The notes beneath the pieces were generated by a model. That model saw only the letters and a program-made list of their open reading frames with translations. It made no database searches and had not been told where the DNA came from. This document shows positions 49,738-60,540 of a stretch of 64,000 nt of DNA, piece by piece. The DNA is from Candidatus Heimdallarchaeota archaeon. GTDB taxonomy: Archaea > Asgardarchaeota > Heimdallarchaeia > JABLTI01. Where the stretch lies: contig JABCTZ010000011.1 of the NCBI GenBank assembly GCA_018238155.1, positions 72,454-136,453 of the forward strand, written 5' to 3'. Numbering within the stretch: the first letter of the stretch is position 1; the number at the start of each line of letters is the position of its first letter. Both the position numbers and the translations under genes were made by a program.

Positions 49738-50463
49738 ATGTTCGATGCGGTATTATTTGATGCAGATAGAACCATTTTCAATAATGATGGATTACATGAA
49801 CTTGTAACGTTAAAAATAATTGAGAAAGTAGGATTAGATGAAGCCTTGGCTGACCATGTACACAAAGCATGGGATAAAAAATATTTCGAAGAACAAACGA
49901 GATTGATGGAAAATGAAGGGTTCTGTGTAGATAGAGAAACATCTGCAAAATCACTTGTAATCGCTCTAAAGGAATTTGGAAAAGAAATTTCCTATGAAGA
50001 CGCATATAAGATGTACCAAATAATGGTTGATGAATTCACAGAAAGATCAAAACCATATCCTGACATGTTAACGTTAATGGATTTCTTGATAGAAAAAGGA
50101 ATAAAAATGGCTATAGTATCAAATGGAGATAATGAAGTAATTATGAACCGCTTGAAAAAAGCCAATATAGAAAATCATTTCGAGTTTGTAATTGCTCCAT
50201 GCGAACAATATCCACTCACAAAACCAGATGTTAAAATCTTTGAGGAGTCATTAGCAAAGATCAGAACTACTGCCAAAAGAACCATTTTTGTAGGAGATAA
50301 TCCTTACGCAGATGTCAAAGGAGCAAATAACGCAGGGATGTTCTCAGTGCTTATTGATAGATGGGAAGCATATAATCAACTTGAAGGATTAGAAGTTCCT
50401 GATTTACAAATAACCAATTTTGATGAATTGAAAGCGTATATCTGTGAAAGAATAACCAGTTAA
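49738..50463 (+). CDS. HAD-superfamily hydrolase
   Basis: FDADRT, VSNG, KPD..IF, VGDNPYADV.GA. Confidence 0.92.
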   Translation: MFDAVLFDADRTIFNNDGLHELVTLKIIEKVGLDEALADHVHKAWDKKYFEEQTRLMENEGFCVDRETSAKSLVIALKEFGKEISYEDAYKMYQIMVDEFTERSKPYPDMLTLMDFLIEKGIKMAIVSNGDNEVIMNRLKKANIENHFEFVIAPCEQYPLTKPDVKIFEESLAKIRTTAKRTIFVGDNPYADVKGANNAGMFSVLIDRWEAYNQLEGLEVPDLQITNFDELKAYICERITS

Positions 50464-50491
50464 ATTATTAATTACAAAAAGCAAATATTAA

Positions 50492-51352
50492 TTGGAGCTG
50501 TTTTCGATAAAAATAACAATCTTCTATTTTAGTGGCACAGGTAATACTTGGTGGGCAACAGAACAATTACAACAAATGCTTAAAGAAAAAAAATTTGAGG
50601 TAGAATATTTCTCAGCAGAATCGAAAGTTGTTCAAGATGGAAATAAAGTAAATGAACTAATCAACCAATCCGATTTAGTTGGTTTTGGTTATCCAATATA
50701 TGGATCGGATATTCCATTAGTTTTTATGGATTTCATTAAGAATCTTGCACCATTAAAAAACAAGAATGCTTTTGTGTATACTACAATGATGCTTTTTAGT
50801 GGAGACGGCGCATTAGTAGCGAGAAGACAACTAAGAAAGAAAGGATTCAAAGTAAAACAAGCAACCAATATACGAATGCCAAATAATATTAGACTGCCAT
50901 ATCCAATCTTCAAACATTTTCCAATAAATAATGGCGCAGAAAATGATTGGGTAAAGAAGAAAAAAGCATTGCCAAAAATCGCTAAATTAGTAGACCGCAT
51001 AGTAAATAATAAGCGATGGATACAAGGGTGGGATCCGGCAAATGTTGCATTAGGGTTAATGCAAAGGATGGAAATGAGATTTGGTAAAGTGTATAAATAT
51101 GCTCGAAATTATTCCGTAGATGAAGAAACATGCACACAATGTATGCAATGTGTTGACAACTGCCCAACAGAGAATATTACTTTTGAAGATGAAATTTTCT
51201 CCTGGGGAAAAAATTGCCTATTCTGTTTAAGATGTTATCACTTCTGCCCAGAAGATGCAGTACTATTCAAAAAACCAACTCTAGATAGAAAACAATATCC
51301 AAGGTACAAAGGACCAGGAGATGGCTTTACTCTAGATAAATTAAAGAAATAA
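50492..51352 (+). CDS. EFR1-family flavodoxin-ferredoxin fusion
   Basis: YFSGTGNT, GYPIY, MPNN, CTQCMQCVDNCP and CLFCLRCYHFCP. Confidence 0.9.
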   Translation: MELFSIKITIFYFSGTGNTWWATEQLQQMLKEKKFEVEYFSAESKVVQDGNKVNELINQSDLVGFGYPIYGSDIPLVFMDFIKNLAPLKNKNAFVYTTMMLFSGDGALVARRQLRKKGFKVKQATNIRMPNNIRLPYPIFKHFPINNGAENDWVKKKKALPKIAKLVDRIVNNKRWIQGWDPANVALGLMQRMEMRFGKVYKYARNYSVDEETCTQCMQCVDNCPTENITFEDEIFSWGKNCLFCLRCYHFCPEDAVLFKKPTLDRKQYPRYKGPGDGFTLDKLKK

Positions 51353-51398
51353 GCTGAACATTCGATATTCAAATTATTTCAGCTTTGTTTGTCTCTGC

Positions 51399-51938
51399 TT
51401 AATAGGAGAAATGAGGATTATCTTTATCCTCAAGTCTCATCTGATAGACTTTACTATTTTTCAAATCAATATTTTGTAAATGAAAACGTTTGTGAACGGA
51501 CTCAAATTTAATAATTCTCAATGGCACCACTTTGACCAAAACCATCTCCTTGACACACGAAAAAGAATCATACCATTTGGGCGAAAATTTAGCTCGAAAT
51601 AAATCACCAATAACATTGAATTTTTTGTCACCCGCCCAACCAAGCACCTCAGCTTCACCCTCAATTTGAAGCTTACGCAAATTAAAAGCTACATTCTTAT
51701 TCCCTCTCAATTGAATGATTTTCTTGTTGTGCTCCCAAGAAAAGAAATAGATTGTGAAATCTTCATTGACAAAGGAAACAATTCTGGCAGAAACTCTATT
51801 GTCAAGGGAAGTAGCAAGAACCATATCTTTATTGTCTGCAAACAAAGTTAGAATTTCACTTCTAACATTGTTAAAATCAGGTTCTTCTCTCATTTTTACT
51901 ATTGTTTCATAACTGTCAAGATCCTCAAAGTTCAACAT
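51399..51938 (-). CDS. Pyridoxamine 5'-phosphate oxidase-like FMN-binding protein
   Basis: MVLATS..VSAR.V, IYF, K..QL..N.NVA, LQIEG.A. Confidence 0.85.
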   Translation of the reverse strand: MLNFEDLDSYETIVKMREEPDFNNVRSEILTLFADNKDMVLATSLDNRVSARIVSFVNEDFTIYFFSWEHNKKIIQLRGNKNVAFNLRKLQIEGEAEVLGWAGDKKFNVIGDLFRAKFSPKWYDSFSCVKEMVLVKVVPLRIIKFESVHKRFHLQNIDLKNSKVYQMRLEDKDNPHFSY

Positions 51939-52082
51939 TTAATTCTCCAAAAACTACCTTACCAAAGGTAATTGTACTAAATAAATAGAATATCAAATTA
52001 TAAAATTATTGTGTAGAGAAAAATCTTACTCACAGAGAGAGACTCTTGAAATTATCAATACAAAAAAAGTAAATGGTTGATT

Positions 52083-52892
52083 ATTCGCATCCATCCCACC
52101 AGATCAATAATGAGAACGAAAGGGCTGCTCTTGGAAAAGCAGCGGTTCTCGTAAAGCATGATATTTCTTTCCACCAATAGGTTGACTGGTAAGAAAAGAG
52201 AAGAAACGGACAACCCAGAGATTGGTAATAATAAGTGTGGGACTATTTTCGGTTTGCAGCTGAATTCTGCCGATTTGATCAAACAATCGCTGAAACTGTT
52301 CCTTTAGTTGACGAATATTCTCTATGGAATAATCAACAATGAGGAGAACATATTTCTTAAGACTACCATCACCATTGACCATGCCGGAGAGATAAGCGAT
52401 TTCATCTGTTAAGTGTAAAGGCAGAGTAAACGCTTCACCTCGAGCAGATTCAAAAGAACGATTGTGAAAATCAATTTTTAATTCCTCAGGGAAACAGCGG
52501 AGAAAAGGAAGCGGAACAAACCCTCGTTCAAGGTCTTTCTGCAAAATATCTCGCCACTCTAAAATTCGTCTATTGTCCGATTTATAGAAATAATCACGTA
52601 ATTTCTCAGCAATGAGTAACTCTTGGCTAGTAATGATCTCTTTTTCTTCTTCAGTCAATTGCACATAGGGAAAGCGTGCAAGGATACGATCTGCTGATTT
52701 TTCACGAATAAAATCACTACGACGAACCATCAACGGATACAAGTTGAGGGTTTTTTTATCTTCCAGAAAAATATCGTTTATCCTGTTGTTTGTTACTAGT
52801 TCATTTGCATTAAGCCATTCGCTAACAGGTCTAGCTTCTGAATCAAAATAAATTGGATCCTCTTGCCAATTAAGGTGTAATTCAGCAGTCAT
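52083..52892 (-). pseudogene. Truncated paralog of the 8103-9737 LAGLIDADG protein
   Basis: Colinear N-terminus, IAYLSGMVNGDG, QPIGGKKYHALREPLLF; stop TGA at 52104-52106 sits at the W of the second motif (Y*SGGMDAN vs FWNGVLDAD), after which homology is lost. Confidence 0.85.
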
Positions 52893-53031
52893 TGTTCTTG
52901 CAAACCATTTGTTCTATACTTCTGTAACAATTCTAGTTCTTAAATACCTCTTTGAAAAGATGTACGGTATTCTATTTTAATAACCATTTAATTAAGTTAA
53001 TAATTATTAGTTTCGGTAATCTCTTTAAATA

Positions 53032-54365
53032 ATAGCTATATATCGAGCTATCTATAATACTATATGTTGCAAAATGTCTGACAAAAAAATCATTTACCGA
53101 ACTTATAAGTATCGGCTCTATCCAACCAAAAAACAAGAAGCAGTCTTTAATGAATGGTTAGAAACATGCAGACGACTTTACAATTACTTTGTCCAACAAC
53201 GATTTGAGCATTGGGAAATCGAAAAACATTTACCAAAAGAATATCGAGTGTACAAGTCTTATTTTGACCAATGTAAACAACTACCAGAACTAAAAAAAGA
53301 TAATCACTATCTAAAACGAGCATATGCAGCAGTTTTAGTTAATGTTGCAAAAAGAGTCGATAAGACTTTTTCGGATTTTATCCGAGAAATAAGTGAAGGA
53401 AACTCAAAATACGGAAAACCAAAATTCAAGTATAGATTTTATTACAATTCATTCACATATCCCCAACCAGGTATTAAAAATCAAAAATTCAGAATAGAGG
53501 GTAACAGATTATATCTTGGAAAAATAGGGCATGTTAAGATTATTCTAGATAGGAAATTACCACAAGAAGCAGTTATCAAAAATTGCTCAATAAAACGTGA
53601 AGTGAATCATTGGTATGCTCATATAAGTTTCAAGCAAATTGCAACAATTCCCGAACTTCAAGTTAATGAGAATAAAGCAGTTGGAATTGACTTAGGAATC
53701 AAGACTTATGGAGTTCTTAGTGATGGAGAAGAGATTAAAAATCCAAAATGGTTACAAGTGATGGAAAAGAAATTGGTAAGAGAACAGAGAAATCTATCAC
53801 GAAAAAAGAAAGGATCTAAAAATTGGAGAAAGCAATTAATTAAACTTTCAAAAATTTATAGAAAAGTTAGATTTCAAAGAAATGATTTTCTCCATAAAGA
53901 AACTACTAAATTAACTAACGATTATGATTTAGTTGTTCTTGAAGATTTACAAATTAATAACTTGGTACGAAACAACAGGTTAGCTAAAAACATTAGTGAA
54001 GTATCTTGGGGTTTTTTTCAAAAATTTCTCTCATACAAAGTTAATGAAAAAGGGAAAAAACTTCTTGTAGTAAATCCTCGAAATACCAGCCAAATTTGTA
54101 GTAATTGTGGAGAGATGGTTAGAAAGAGTTTGAAGGTTAGAATACATGAATGTCCTAACTGCAATATTGTTCTTGATAGAGATTTGAACGCAGCAAAGAA
54201 CATTCTTCAAAGAGGATTAGAGGAATTACGGTCATCTATTGACAACACCGTTGGGTTAACGGGAAGTGCTTGTGGAGAAGTTTCAAAGGAAACTCAAGGA
54301 AGCAAGAAATTTGTTAAAACAACAAATAAACCAAAGCTTGGATAGTGTGTCTCATTTGCACTATC
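53032..54365 (+). mobile_element. IS200/IS605-family (IS1341-like) element lacking tnpA
   Basis: Solo tnpB flanked by short hairpins (ATAGCT/AGCTAT at 53032-53051; GATAGTG/CACTATC at 54341-54365); ends approximate. Confidence 0.55.
53074..54345 (+). CDS. tnpB: RNA-guided endonuclease TnpB
   Basis: YKYRLYPTKKQ, VGIDLGIK (RuvC-I), VLEDLQI (RuvC-II), TSQICSNCG..CPNC, DRDLNAAKNI (RuvC-III). Confidence 0.96.
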   Translation: MSDKKIIYRTYKYRLYPTKKQEAVFNEWLETCRRLYNYFVQQRFEHWEIEKHLPKEYRVYKSYFDQCKQLPELKKDNHYLKRAYAAVLVNVAKRVDKTFSDFIREISEGNSKYGKPKFKYRFYYNSFTYPQPGIKNQKFRIEGNRLYLGKIGHVKIILDRKLPQEAVIKNCSIKREVNHWYAHISFKQIATIPELQVNENKAVGIDLGIKTYGVLSDGEEIKNPKWLQVMEKKLVREQRNLSRKKKGSKNWRKQLIKLSKIYRKVRFQRNDFLHKETTKLTNDYDLVVLEDLQINNLVRNNRLAKNISEVSWGFFQKFLSYKVNEKGKKLLVVNPRNTSQICSNCGEMVRKSLKVRIHECPNCNIVLDRDLNAAKNILQRGLEELRSSIDNTVGLTGSACGEVSKETQGSKKFVKTTNKPKLG

Positions 54366-54375
54366 TCTATTTCAT
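54247..54375 (+). ncRNA. Probable TnpB omega/reRNA overlapping the tnpB 3' end
   Basis: ACCGTTGGG..ACGGGAAG.GCTTGTGGAGA...CTC..GAAGCAAGAA pattern typical of IS605 right ends; boundaries approximate. Confidence 0.55.
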
Positions 54376-54436
54376 TTTTTCAATTAAAACCTATAGTTTT
54401 ATAAATTCCAAATTTTGAATTAGAAACCAGATATTC

Positions 54437-54514
54437 GGGTGTGTAGTATAGTACGGATAGTGCGTCTGCTTGCGGAGTAGAAGGTCGGCGGTTCAAATCC
54501 GCTCACACCCGCCA
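54437..54514 (+). tRNA. tRNA-Arg(GCG)
   Basis: GGGTGTG/CACACCC acceptor, TCTGC/GTAGA stem with TT-GCG-GA loop, GGCGG-TTCAAAT-CCGCT T-arm, GCCA end. Confidence 0.92.
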
Positions 54515-54897
54515 ATTTATTTTATATAGATTTGAACATTTGACTTAGTAATAAAATGGTGGAATCTTTCTGAAATTTTATCCTTCATAGTGACGGTTAT
54601 TACGATAAAAAAGAGAAAATTGTAAAACTACTTAACAGAATTAAGAGATATTACCGAAAATTATAATCTCTATATAATAAGACGAGAATAATTAAAGATG
54701 AAATGTCTGCAAAAAATATCTGAGTAAATTAGTTTCCCAATAGAAATTCACATGGAGCGTTGTGAATCACTGTAAGTGATGAACAGTGACTGCGTGACTC
54801 TGCTCCGAGCATGGATATTGAGGTTTTACTTAACAGCAACTTATGACTAAATTACAGAAACTAGACTAATAGTGTAAATTAAATTATAAGAAAAAAA

Positions 54898-55896
54898 TCA
54901 TTCGAGATAAAATGCCTTAACGTCATCCCAGTATTTGGTTTCCCACGACAGTTTGGGAACAGAAGCACGAACATCTTTCTTAAGTTGTTCTAAAAGAGAT
55001 TCATTTTTAGCAAAAAAATCTTCCACAAGGGGGAGCGTTTCTTCGAATTGAAAATGGCACAAAGTTAAGAGAGCAAAGTACAGAAGTTTGTGCATCTTGG
55101 GTAGTGAAAGAGATTCATCTTGCAGCTGTTGAATTAATGATATAATATAATCTGAGACAACAGGATGCGTTGCTAAATTTACTAAGGAAGAAACGCCATT
55201 GAGGAAAAGGATACGTTCCGGTGAAATTGCTCCTGAAGACAATTGCTGAGAAAGATAGGAAAGATAATCCACATTCAATAACGAATTATGATATTGACGA
55301 AGAAGGATACGATTGTGGTCAAATTTTTCAAATCTTTTATCTATCCCTTCTCGAATAGAAGGAACATTAAAGGGATGAGAATTATAAGCGAAGTATAAGA
55401 AACCAGTTTTTGAAACATTGAGGTTACCAAAGAATAGAAAAGCATCTTCAGCTGTGAAGAACACCTCACCAGGGATTTTAGCGACATCAACAGTGCCAAA
55501 CCTCCTGTTATCAAGTCGTTTACTACCCTTTTCCATACGAGCAAAATCAGAGAGACGAATAATTCTTGGTTCATTAAGATGTGTAATTGTTAGCTTCATA
55601 GCAAAACAATCAATGATGCGACAATCAACTAAAGGGGGGTAGCCACAGAAACAAACACTTTTGGGAAATAACAGATCCTTGGATTCTAACTCAAAAAAGT
55701 GGTTTTGAAGTTGTTTGGGAAAAGCATTACGGGTAGACTCGTTAAAAAAGAGGTCTTGCAAGAATGGAAAAGCAGTACCAACCGAGCCACTTTCATAAGA
55801 TTCTTCTGCAAATAAAATAACTGTATCATTGACAAGAAACAATTTGAGAGGATCTTTTTTATCAATAAAATACAAAGGAAGAGAATTTGGAAGCAA
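54898..55896 (-). CDS. Hypothetical protein
   Basis: 332-aa ORF downstream of tRNA-Arg; no recognised family. Confidence 0.6.
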   Translation of the reverse strand: MLPNSLPLYFIDKKDPLKLFLVNDTVILFAEESYESGSVGTAFPFLQDLFFNESTRNAFPKQLQNHFFELESKDLLFPKSVCFCGYPPLVDCRIIDCFAMKLTITHLNEPRIIRLSDFARMEKGSKRLDNRRFGTVDVAKIPGEVFFTAEDAFLFFGNLNVSKTGFLYFAYNSHPFNVPSIREGIDKRFEKFDHNRILLRQYHNSLLNVDYLSYLSQQLSSGAISPERILFLNGVSSLVNLATHPVVSDYIISLIQQLQDESLSLPKMHKLLYFALLTLCHFQFEETLPLVEDFFAKNESLLEQLKKDVRASVPKLSWETKYWDDVKAFYLE

Positions 55897-56033
55897 GGCT
55901 AATACAACAAGTTAGAAATGAAAAGCAAAGCATAAAAAGCTAATGCCAAGAAAAAATGCAAGGCTCAACTTAATCTTTGAGTAGCATATAAAATAGATAA
56001 TAGTAATAATTGGCGTTAGAAGGATGAGCAACT

Positions 56034-56860
56034 ATGGAAAATAGAAAACGCATTATTCTTTTTGTGATTATTATTTCACTAATATTGTTGGGTACTGGAA
56101 TAGGTTTAGGGACTTTTTTTGGGATAAATAAGCCTACCAGGTTATTTATTGCCATTCATTGTGAACCTGGCTCTTTTCCTGCTACCACGGATTATCCTGA
56201 ACAATATTGGTTTAATTTACTTCAAATGATTTCTCAAGCAGATCAGAATGATGTTAAATTGAATTTACTCTTTAATCCCCAGTGGGGGTCGTATATTCTT
56301 CAAAACACTACTAGATTCTCTCTTGTTAGATCTTGGGAAAGCAATGGTCATGAGATTGGTTTACATGTTCATGGTCCTAATCAAGGTAGTTGGTGTGGTT
56401 ATACTAATCAAGCTGCTTTTGCATCTGACCCCAAATATCTTGGAACGATTGCTGAAATGATGGTAATTATGAATCAGCTTCCCGCTTTCGGTCAAATATT
56501 GACCACCTGTTCAGCTACTGATGAAGATATTATTTTTGATTATCCTGTAGGAGTGCTTTTCAGAACATCTGGTGGAAGTGAAAAAATGAATCATTTGTGG
56601 AGTAAACCAACCACTGAAACTTTTACTGGTCAATCAACGGCTGGTTTTAACCATGCAAGATATGGCAACATTCAATCTGATATTAACAAGACTTTGACGA
56701 ATTCAAGCAATTATACCAAAAGCGCAATAATGAATATGTTATGGGATTAGTATGGCATGTGTTCAATTACGAAGACAGTCCTTTAGCCTTCATTCAATTA
56801 TTTGAGTATCTTTCCTCGCAGAACATTAAAACTTGTCGAGTGTCTGAGCTTACAGCTTGA
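56034..56860 (+). pseudogene. Secreted NodB/polysaccharide-deacetylase-like protein with a frameshift near 56690
   Basis: N-terminal TM, IAIHCEP, GHEIGLHVH; the natural-looking C-terminus DFDEFKQLY...VMGLVWHVFNY...LFEYL...VSEL continues in the -1 frame to 56860. Confidence 0.7.
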
Positions 56861-56992
56861 TCTCGCTATCTAAAATCTACTAAAAAATAAAATCTTTTCT
56901 TTTTCAAAAACAATATGTATATATTTTTAAGATGTTATTAGATATATTGATTGAAAATGTTAGTTATTATCTGTTGGTAAGTGTGATTATTA

Positions 56993-59900
56993 TTGTCTCT
57001 AAACAAATTTGTCTTAGGAATTAAGAGCAGAGTTATTTTGCGAATAGTTTGTTTAATTATTATTTTTGTGTTTATAGCAAATCCTTCTGTCATCCATTCA
57101 CTTGCTAAATCTTTTAGCAATGAAACTGTTTCAGGGATCATAATCAACGGGGGTAGTACTAGTCCTTTCGATTTTGGTTCTAAACCTGGAGAGTCTTCTT
57201 TATCCTTAGCGGCATTTGAAGGAGGTAGTAGTTCATTTTCTGGAAACGCTCTTCCGGGTGGTGTTGTCTGGAATAATGTAACTATGCTTGATTCCCCATA
57301 CCTACCTGTTACTCCAAAAACTGTGGTAGATAGAGATGATAATGTGCATTTTTGTTGGACAAATTGGTATAACGGTCGAACTCTTTATCATCAAATCTTA
57401 TTTGCTAATGGGAGTTGGAGTGAAAAAACAGTTTTAATTAATTATAGTAATGGAGTGTCTATTGGAGTAGATATTATTGCTGATGCTTTTGGAAAGGTTC
57501 ATTTGGCTTATTCTTGGGGACAACTAATTGACAATCAAAAGACCTATTATGCTTTTTGGGAGGATGATGTTTGGAGTTCTTTTGAACGGGTTGATTTCGG
57601 TGTGGATGAGTTTGGAAATTCCATACCTGCTAGCTATCCACTCATTCGTGTATCCTCTGATGGAACTCCTCATGTTGTTTGGTCTGGCGAAATTTTCTAT
57701 TTAAATGAGGGTATAAATTTTCATCCTCTCTATTATCAGAAGCGTTTAGCTCCCGGATCTTGGAGCAGTGTTTTGTTGGCTGGTTATAGTTTTCCTAAAA
57801 CCTTTTCATTTTTGATTACAAAAGATGATTATTGTTATGTTGGAACCTCAATAATTGGCGGAGGATCTTATGCTGCTAATCATCATATCAATATCCTCCG
57901 TAAAAAGATAACTGATAATAATTGGTTATCAACTGATGAAATTGCATATTATGATATGCCAAATTACCTTCGTATTGTACCCAATGTGGAATTGTTAGAA
58001 GTCGGAAATACCATTCATTGCTTAGCTGTCTATTTAGATGATACACACCCTGCGATTCTTGATTTTACTAGTGCAGGTGTTCTTTGGAATGATGTTGAAC
58101 TAGTTACTACTGATATTGGCATTGAAAATAAAATTCAACTCTCTGCTACAGTAATTAATGGAAGTGATATAGCTCTAGTGTATAACTGGCATCACTATGA
58201 AAATGACACTCTCTTATCAGGTGTATACTACAAGATGTTTTATGATACCAAACAAGAATGGTCTGAAACAATGCCGGTCTCCGTGAACCATTCACAAGTA
58301 ATCTTGCCCAATATTTCTCACGATAGTAAAGAAAAATTACATGTAACCTGGTGTGATGACCATCCTGTATCTGGAAAAGCTCTGTATCATTCAATTGGAA
58401 TACCTGACAAGGATTTAGATGGTTTATCAAATTACGATGAGCGAATGATCTACTTTACTGATCCAAATGATCCTGATTCAGATGATGATTTACTGAACGA
58501 TGGTGATGAAATAGCACTTGGTATGGATCCCCTAAATCCGGATGAGGATTCAGATTTAATATTAGATGGTTGGGAACTTAATTTTGGTTTAGATCCATTT
58601 AATGCAACAGATGCAACAATAGATCTAGATATAGATGGATTAACAAGCCTTGAAGAATTTAATGCTCAGACAGATCCAACGAATAATGATACCGATGCGG
58701 ATTCCCTTTTAGATGGAGATGAAGTATTTGGAATTCATCATCCTACAAATCCCGGAGCGAATGCTACTGGATGGGTTGTGGGATTGGATCCAACAAATCC
58801 GGACACGGATACAGATGGGCTTTCAGATGGAGATGAACTTTCTATCTGGGGTACGAATCCTCTAAATGATGATACAGATTCAGATGGAATGCATGATGGT
58901 TTTGAAACGTATTATGGTCTTGATCCACTGATTGATGATGCTAGTGGGGATTTAGATGGAGAAGGGTTATCTAATTATGAAGAATATATTCTTGGAACAA
59001 ATCCAATTAATAACGATACAGATTCTGACAATTTAACTGATTATGCAGAAGTGATAACTTATCTAACTGATCCTTTGGATGAAGATACTGATGATGATTT
59101 ACTCTCAGATTATTATGAGATTATCATTGATCCCTTTGACGACCTCTATCTAACAAATAATACATATCAAACTAATCCTTTACTTGCTGATACCGACAGT
59201 GATTTCTTATCAGATTTATATGAGTTGAATGTTTCCTTAACAAATCCTCTAGTGAATGATACCGATGCAGACCAAATGCTAGATGGATATGAATGGGAAT
59301 ATGGCTTAGACCCTTTCACAAATGATGCTGCTGAAGATTATGATTCGGATGGATTAACAAATTATATTGAGTCGTTATATTGGTCAGATCCATTTAACGA
59401 AGATACCGATGGAGATAATCTTTTGGATGCAGAGGAAATTGAATATGGAACTAGTTTAATCTCAGCTGATACAGACAGTGACCTTCTAACTGATTATCAA
59501 GAGATTATCGTTCATCATACAGACCCCTTAGATTCAGACTCCGATTCGGACGGTCTCTTGGATGGATACGAGGTCTATTTCTTTGGTACGAATCCTCTTA
59601 ATTCCGATACAGATGGAGATACTTTATCGGATGGCTTTGAGATTCTCACCTTTGGTTCAAATCCATTTCTGAAAGATTCTGATTACGATGGTTTAGATGA
59701 TAATATAGAGCTAGATTTCGATTCGAATCCTAATGCAATTGATACAGATTTAGATGGCATGATTGATCTCTGGGAATGGACGTATGGATTTAATCCCCAA
59801 TATAATGATGGAATTGACGATGCCGATGGAGATGGTTTGTCAAATTATGAAGAATTCCTGTTCTTTGCTCATCCGCATATGAATGATACAGATAGTGACT

Positions 59901-60385
59901 TGTTAAACGATTTTGAAGAAGTCTATGTTTATCTTACTTACCCATTTAATAACGACACTGACAACGATTTTCTAAGCGATTATGATGAAGTTCACACCTA
60001 TTTCACTGATGTTCATGATCCCGATACAGATGATGATAACTTATTAGATGGAGAAGAAATTTTCATTTATCTAACAGATCCAAACCTTTACGATACCGAT
60101 TCTGATGGGTATAGCGATTCCAAGGAACTCTTGGCAGGAACGAATCCTTTAGATCCTCGTAGTAACCCTAAAGATCGACAAATAACACTTGTCGTATCAA
60201 TCTTTTCCATAATTATAGGGTTTCTCTTAATTTACTATTTCACGCCTTTCTTTATCTCTAAGGGATCTGGTGGCAGTGAACGTAAATGGATTATGATAGG
60301 GCATAAAAAACGTCTTGAAAGATCTAACCAGCTTTTAAAAGTGCTTGAAAATGAAGTTCCTGATTCTGATACAGAGAAGAACTAA
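56993..60385 (+). CDS. Large cell-surface protein: propeller-like N-domain, Ca-binding DxDxDG (TSP3-like) repeats, C-terminal TM
   Basis: Signal peptide; D.xG..H.xW repeats; many TDP..xDTDxDGLxDGxE units; TM + basic tail. Confidence 0.88.
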   Translation: MSLNKFVLGIKSRVILRIVCLIIIFVFIANPSVIHSLAKSFSNETVSGIIINGGSTSPFDFGSKPGESSLSLAAFEGGSSSFSGNALPGGVVWNNVTMLDSPYLPVTPKTVVDRDDNVHFCWTNWYNGRTLYHQILFANGSWSEKTVLINYSNGVSIGVDIIADAFGKVHLAYSWGQLIDNQKTYYAFWEDDVWSSFERVDFGVDEFGNSIPASYPLIRVSSDGTPHVVWSGEIFYLNEGINFHPLYYQKRLAPGSWSSVLLAGYSFPKTFSFLITKDDYCYVGTSIIGGGSYAANHHINILRKKITDNNWLSTDEIAYYDMPNYLRIVPNVELLEVGNTIHCLAVYLDDTHPAILDFTSAGVLWNDVELVTTDIGIENKIQLSATVINGSDIALVYNWHHYENDTLLSGVYYKMFYDTKQEWSETMPVSVNHSQVILPNISHDSKEKLHVTWCDDHPVSGKALYHSIGIPDKDLDGLSNYDERMIYFTDPNDPDSDDDLLNDGDEIALGMDPLNPDEDSDLILDGWELNFGLDPFNATDATIDLDIDGLTSLEEFNAQTDPTNNDTDADSLLDGDEVFGIHHPTNPGANATGWVVGLDPTNPDTDTDGLSDGDELSIWGTNPLNDDTDSDGMHDGFETYYGLDPLIDDASGDLDGEGLSNYEEYILGTNPINNDTDSDNLTDYAEVITYLTDPLDEDTDDDLLSDYYEIIIDPFDDLYLTNNTYQTNPLLADTDSDFLSDLYELNVSLTNPLVNDTDADQMLDGYEWEYGLDPFTNDAAEDYDSDGLTNYIESLYWSDPFNEDTDGDNLLDAEEIEYGTSLISADTDSDLLTDYQEIIVHHTDPLDSDSDSDGLLDGYEVYFFGTNPLNSDTDGDTLSDGFEILTFGSNPFLKDSDYDGLDDNIELDFDSNPNAIDTDLDGMIDLWEWTYGFNPQYNDGIDDADGDGLSNYEEFLFFAHPHMNDTDSDLLNDFEEVYVYLTYPFNNDTDNDFLSDYDEVHTYFTDVHDPDTDDDNLLDGEEIFIYLTDPNLYDTDSDGYSDSKELLAGTNPLDPRSNPKDRQITLVVSIFSIIIGFLLIYYFTPFFISKGSGGSERKWIMIGHKKRLERSNQLLKVLENEVPDSDTEKN
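58400..60170 (+). repeat. Intragenic thrombospondin type-3-like acidic repeats
   Basis: Tandem T(D/N)P...D(T/S)DxDxLxDxxE units, diverged at the DNA level. Confidence 0.85.
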
Positions 60386-60540
60386 TCTTGCATTTTTACT
60401 TCATTTTATTAAAAATAAAACTCTAATTGTGAATGAGGACAATAGAAACCATTTCTTCTAATTTTGATTATTGCACCAAGAATAGAATATTATATATTTA
60501 CTAAGAGCTAATATTTCAGAGCGTAGAAAAAAACGTTCAT

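Noticed and set aside
58400-60170. DNA tandem repeat or array
   Set aside because: Repeats are protein-level DxDxDG units with synonymous divergence, not a nucleotide array
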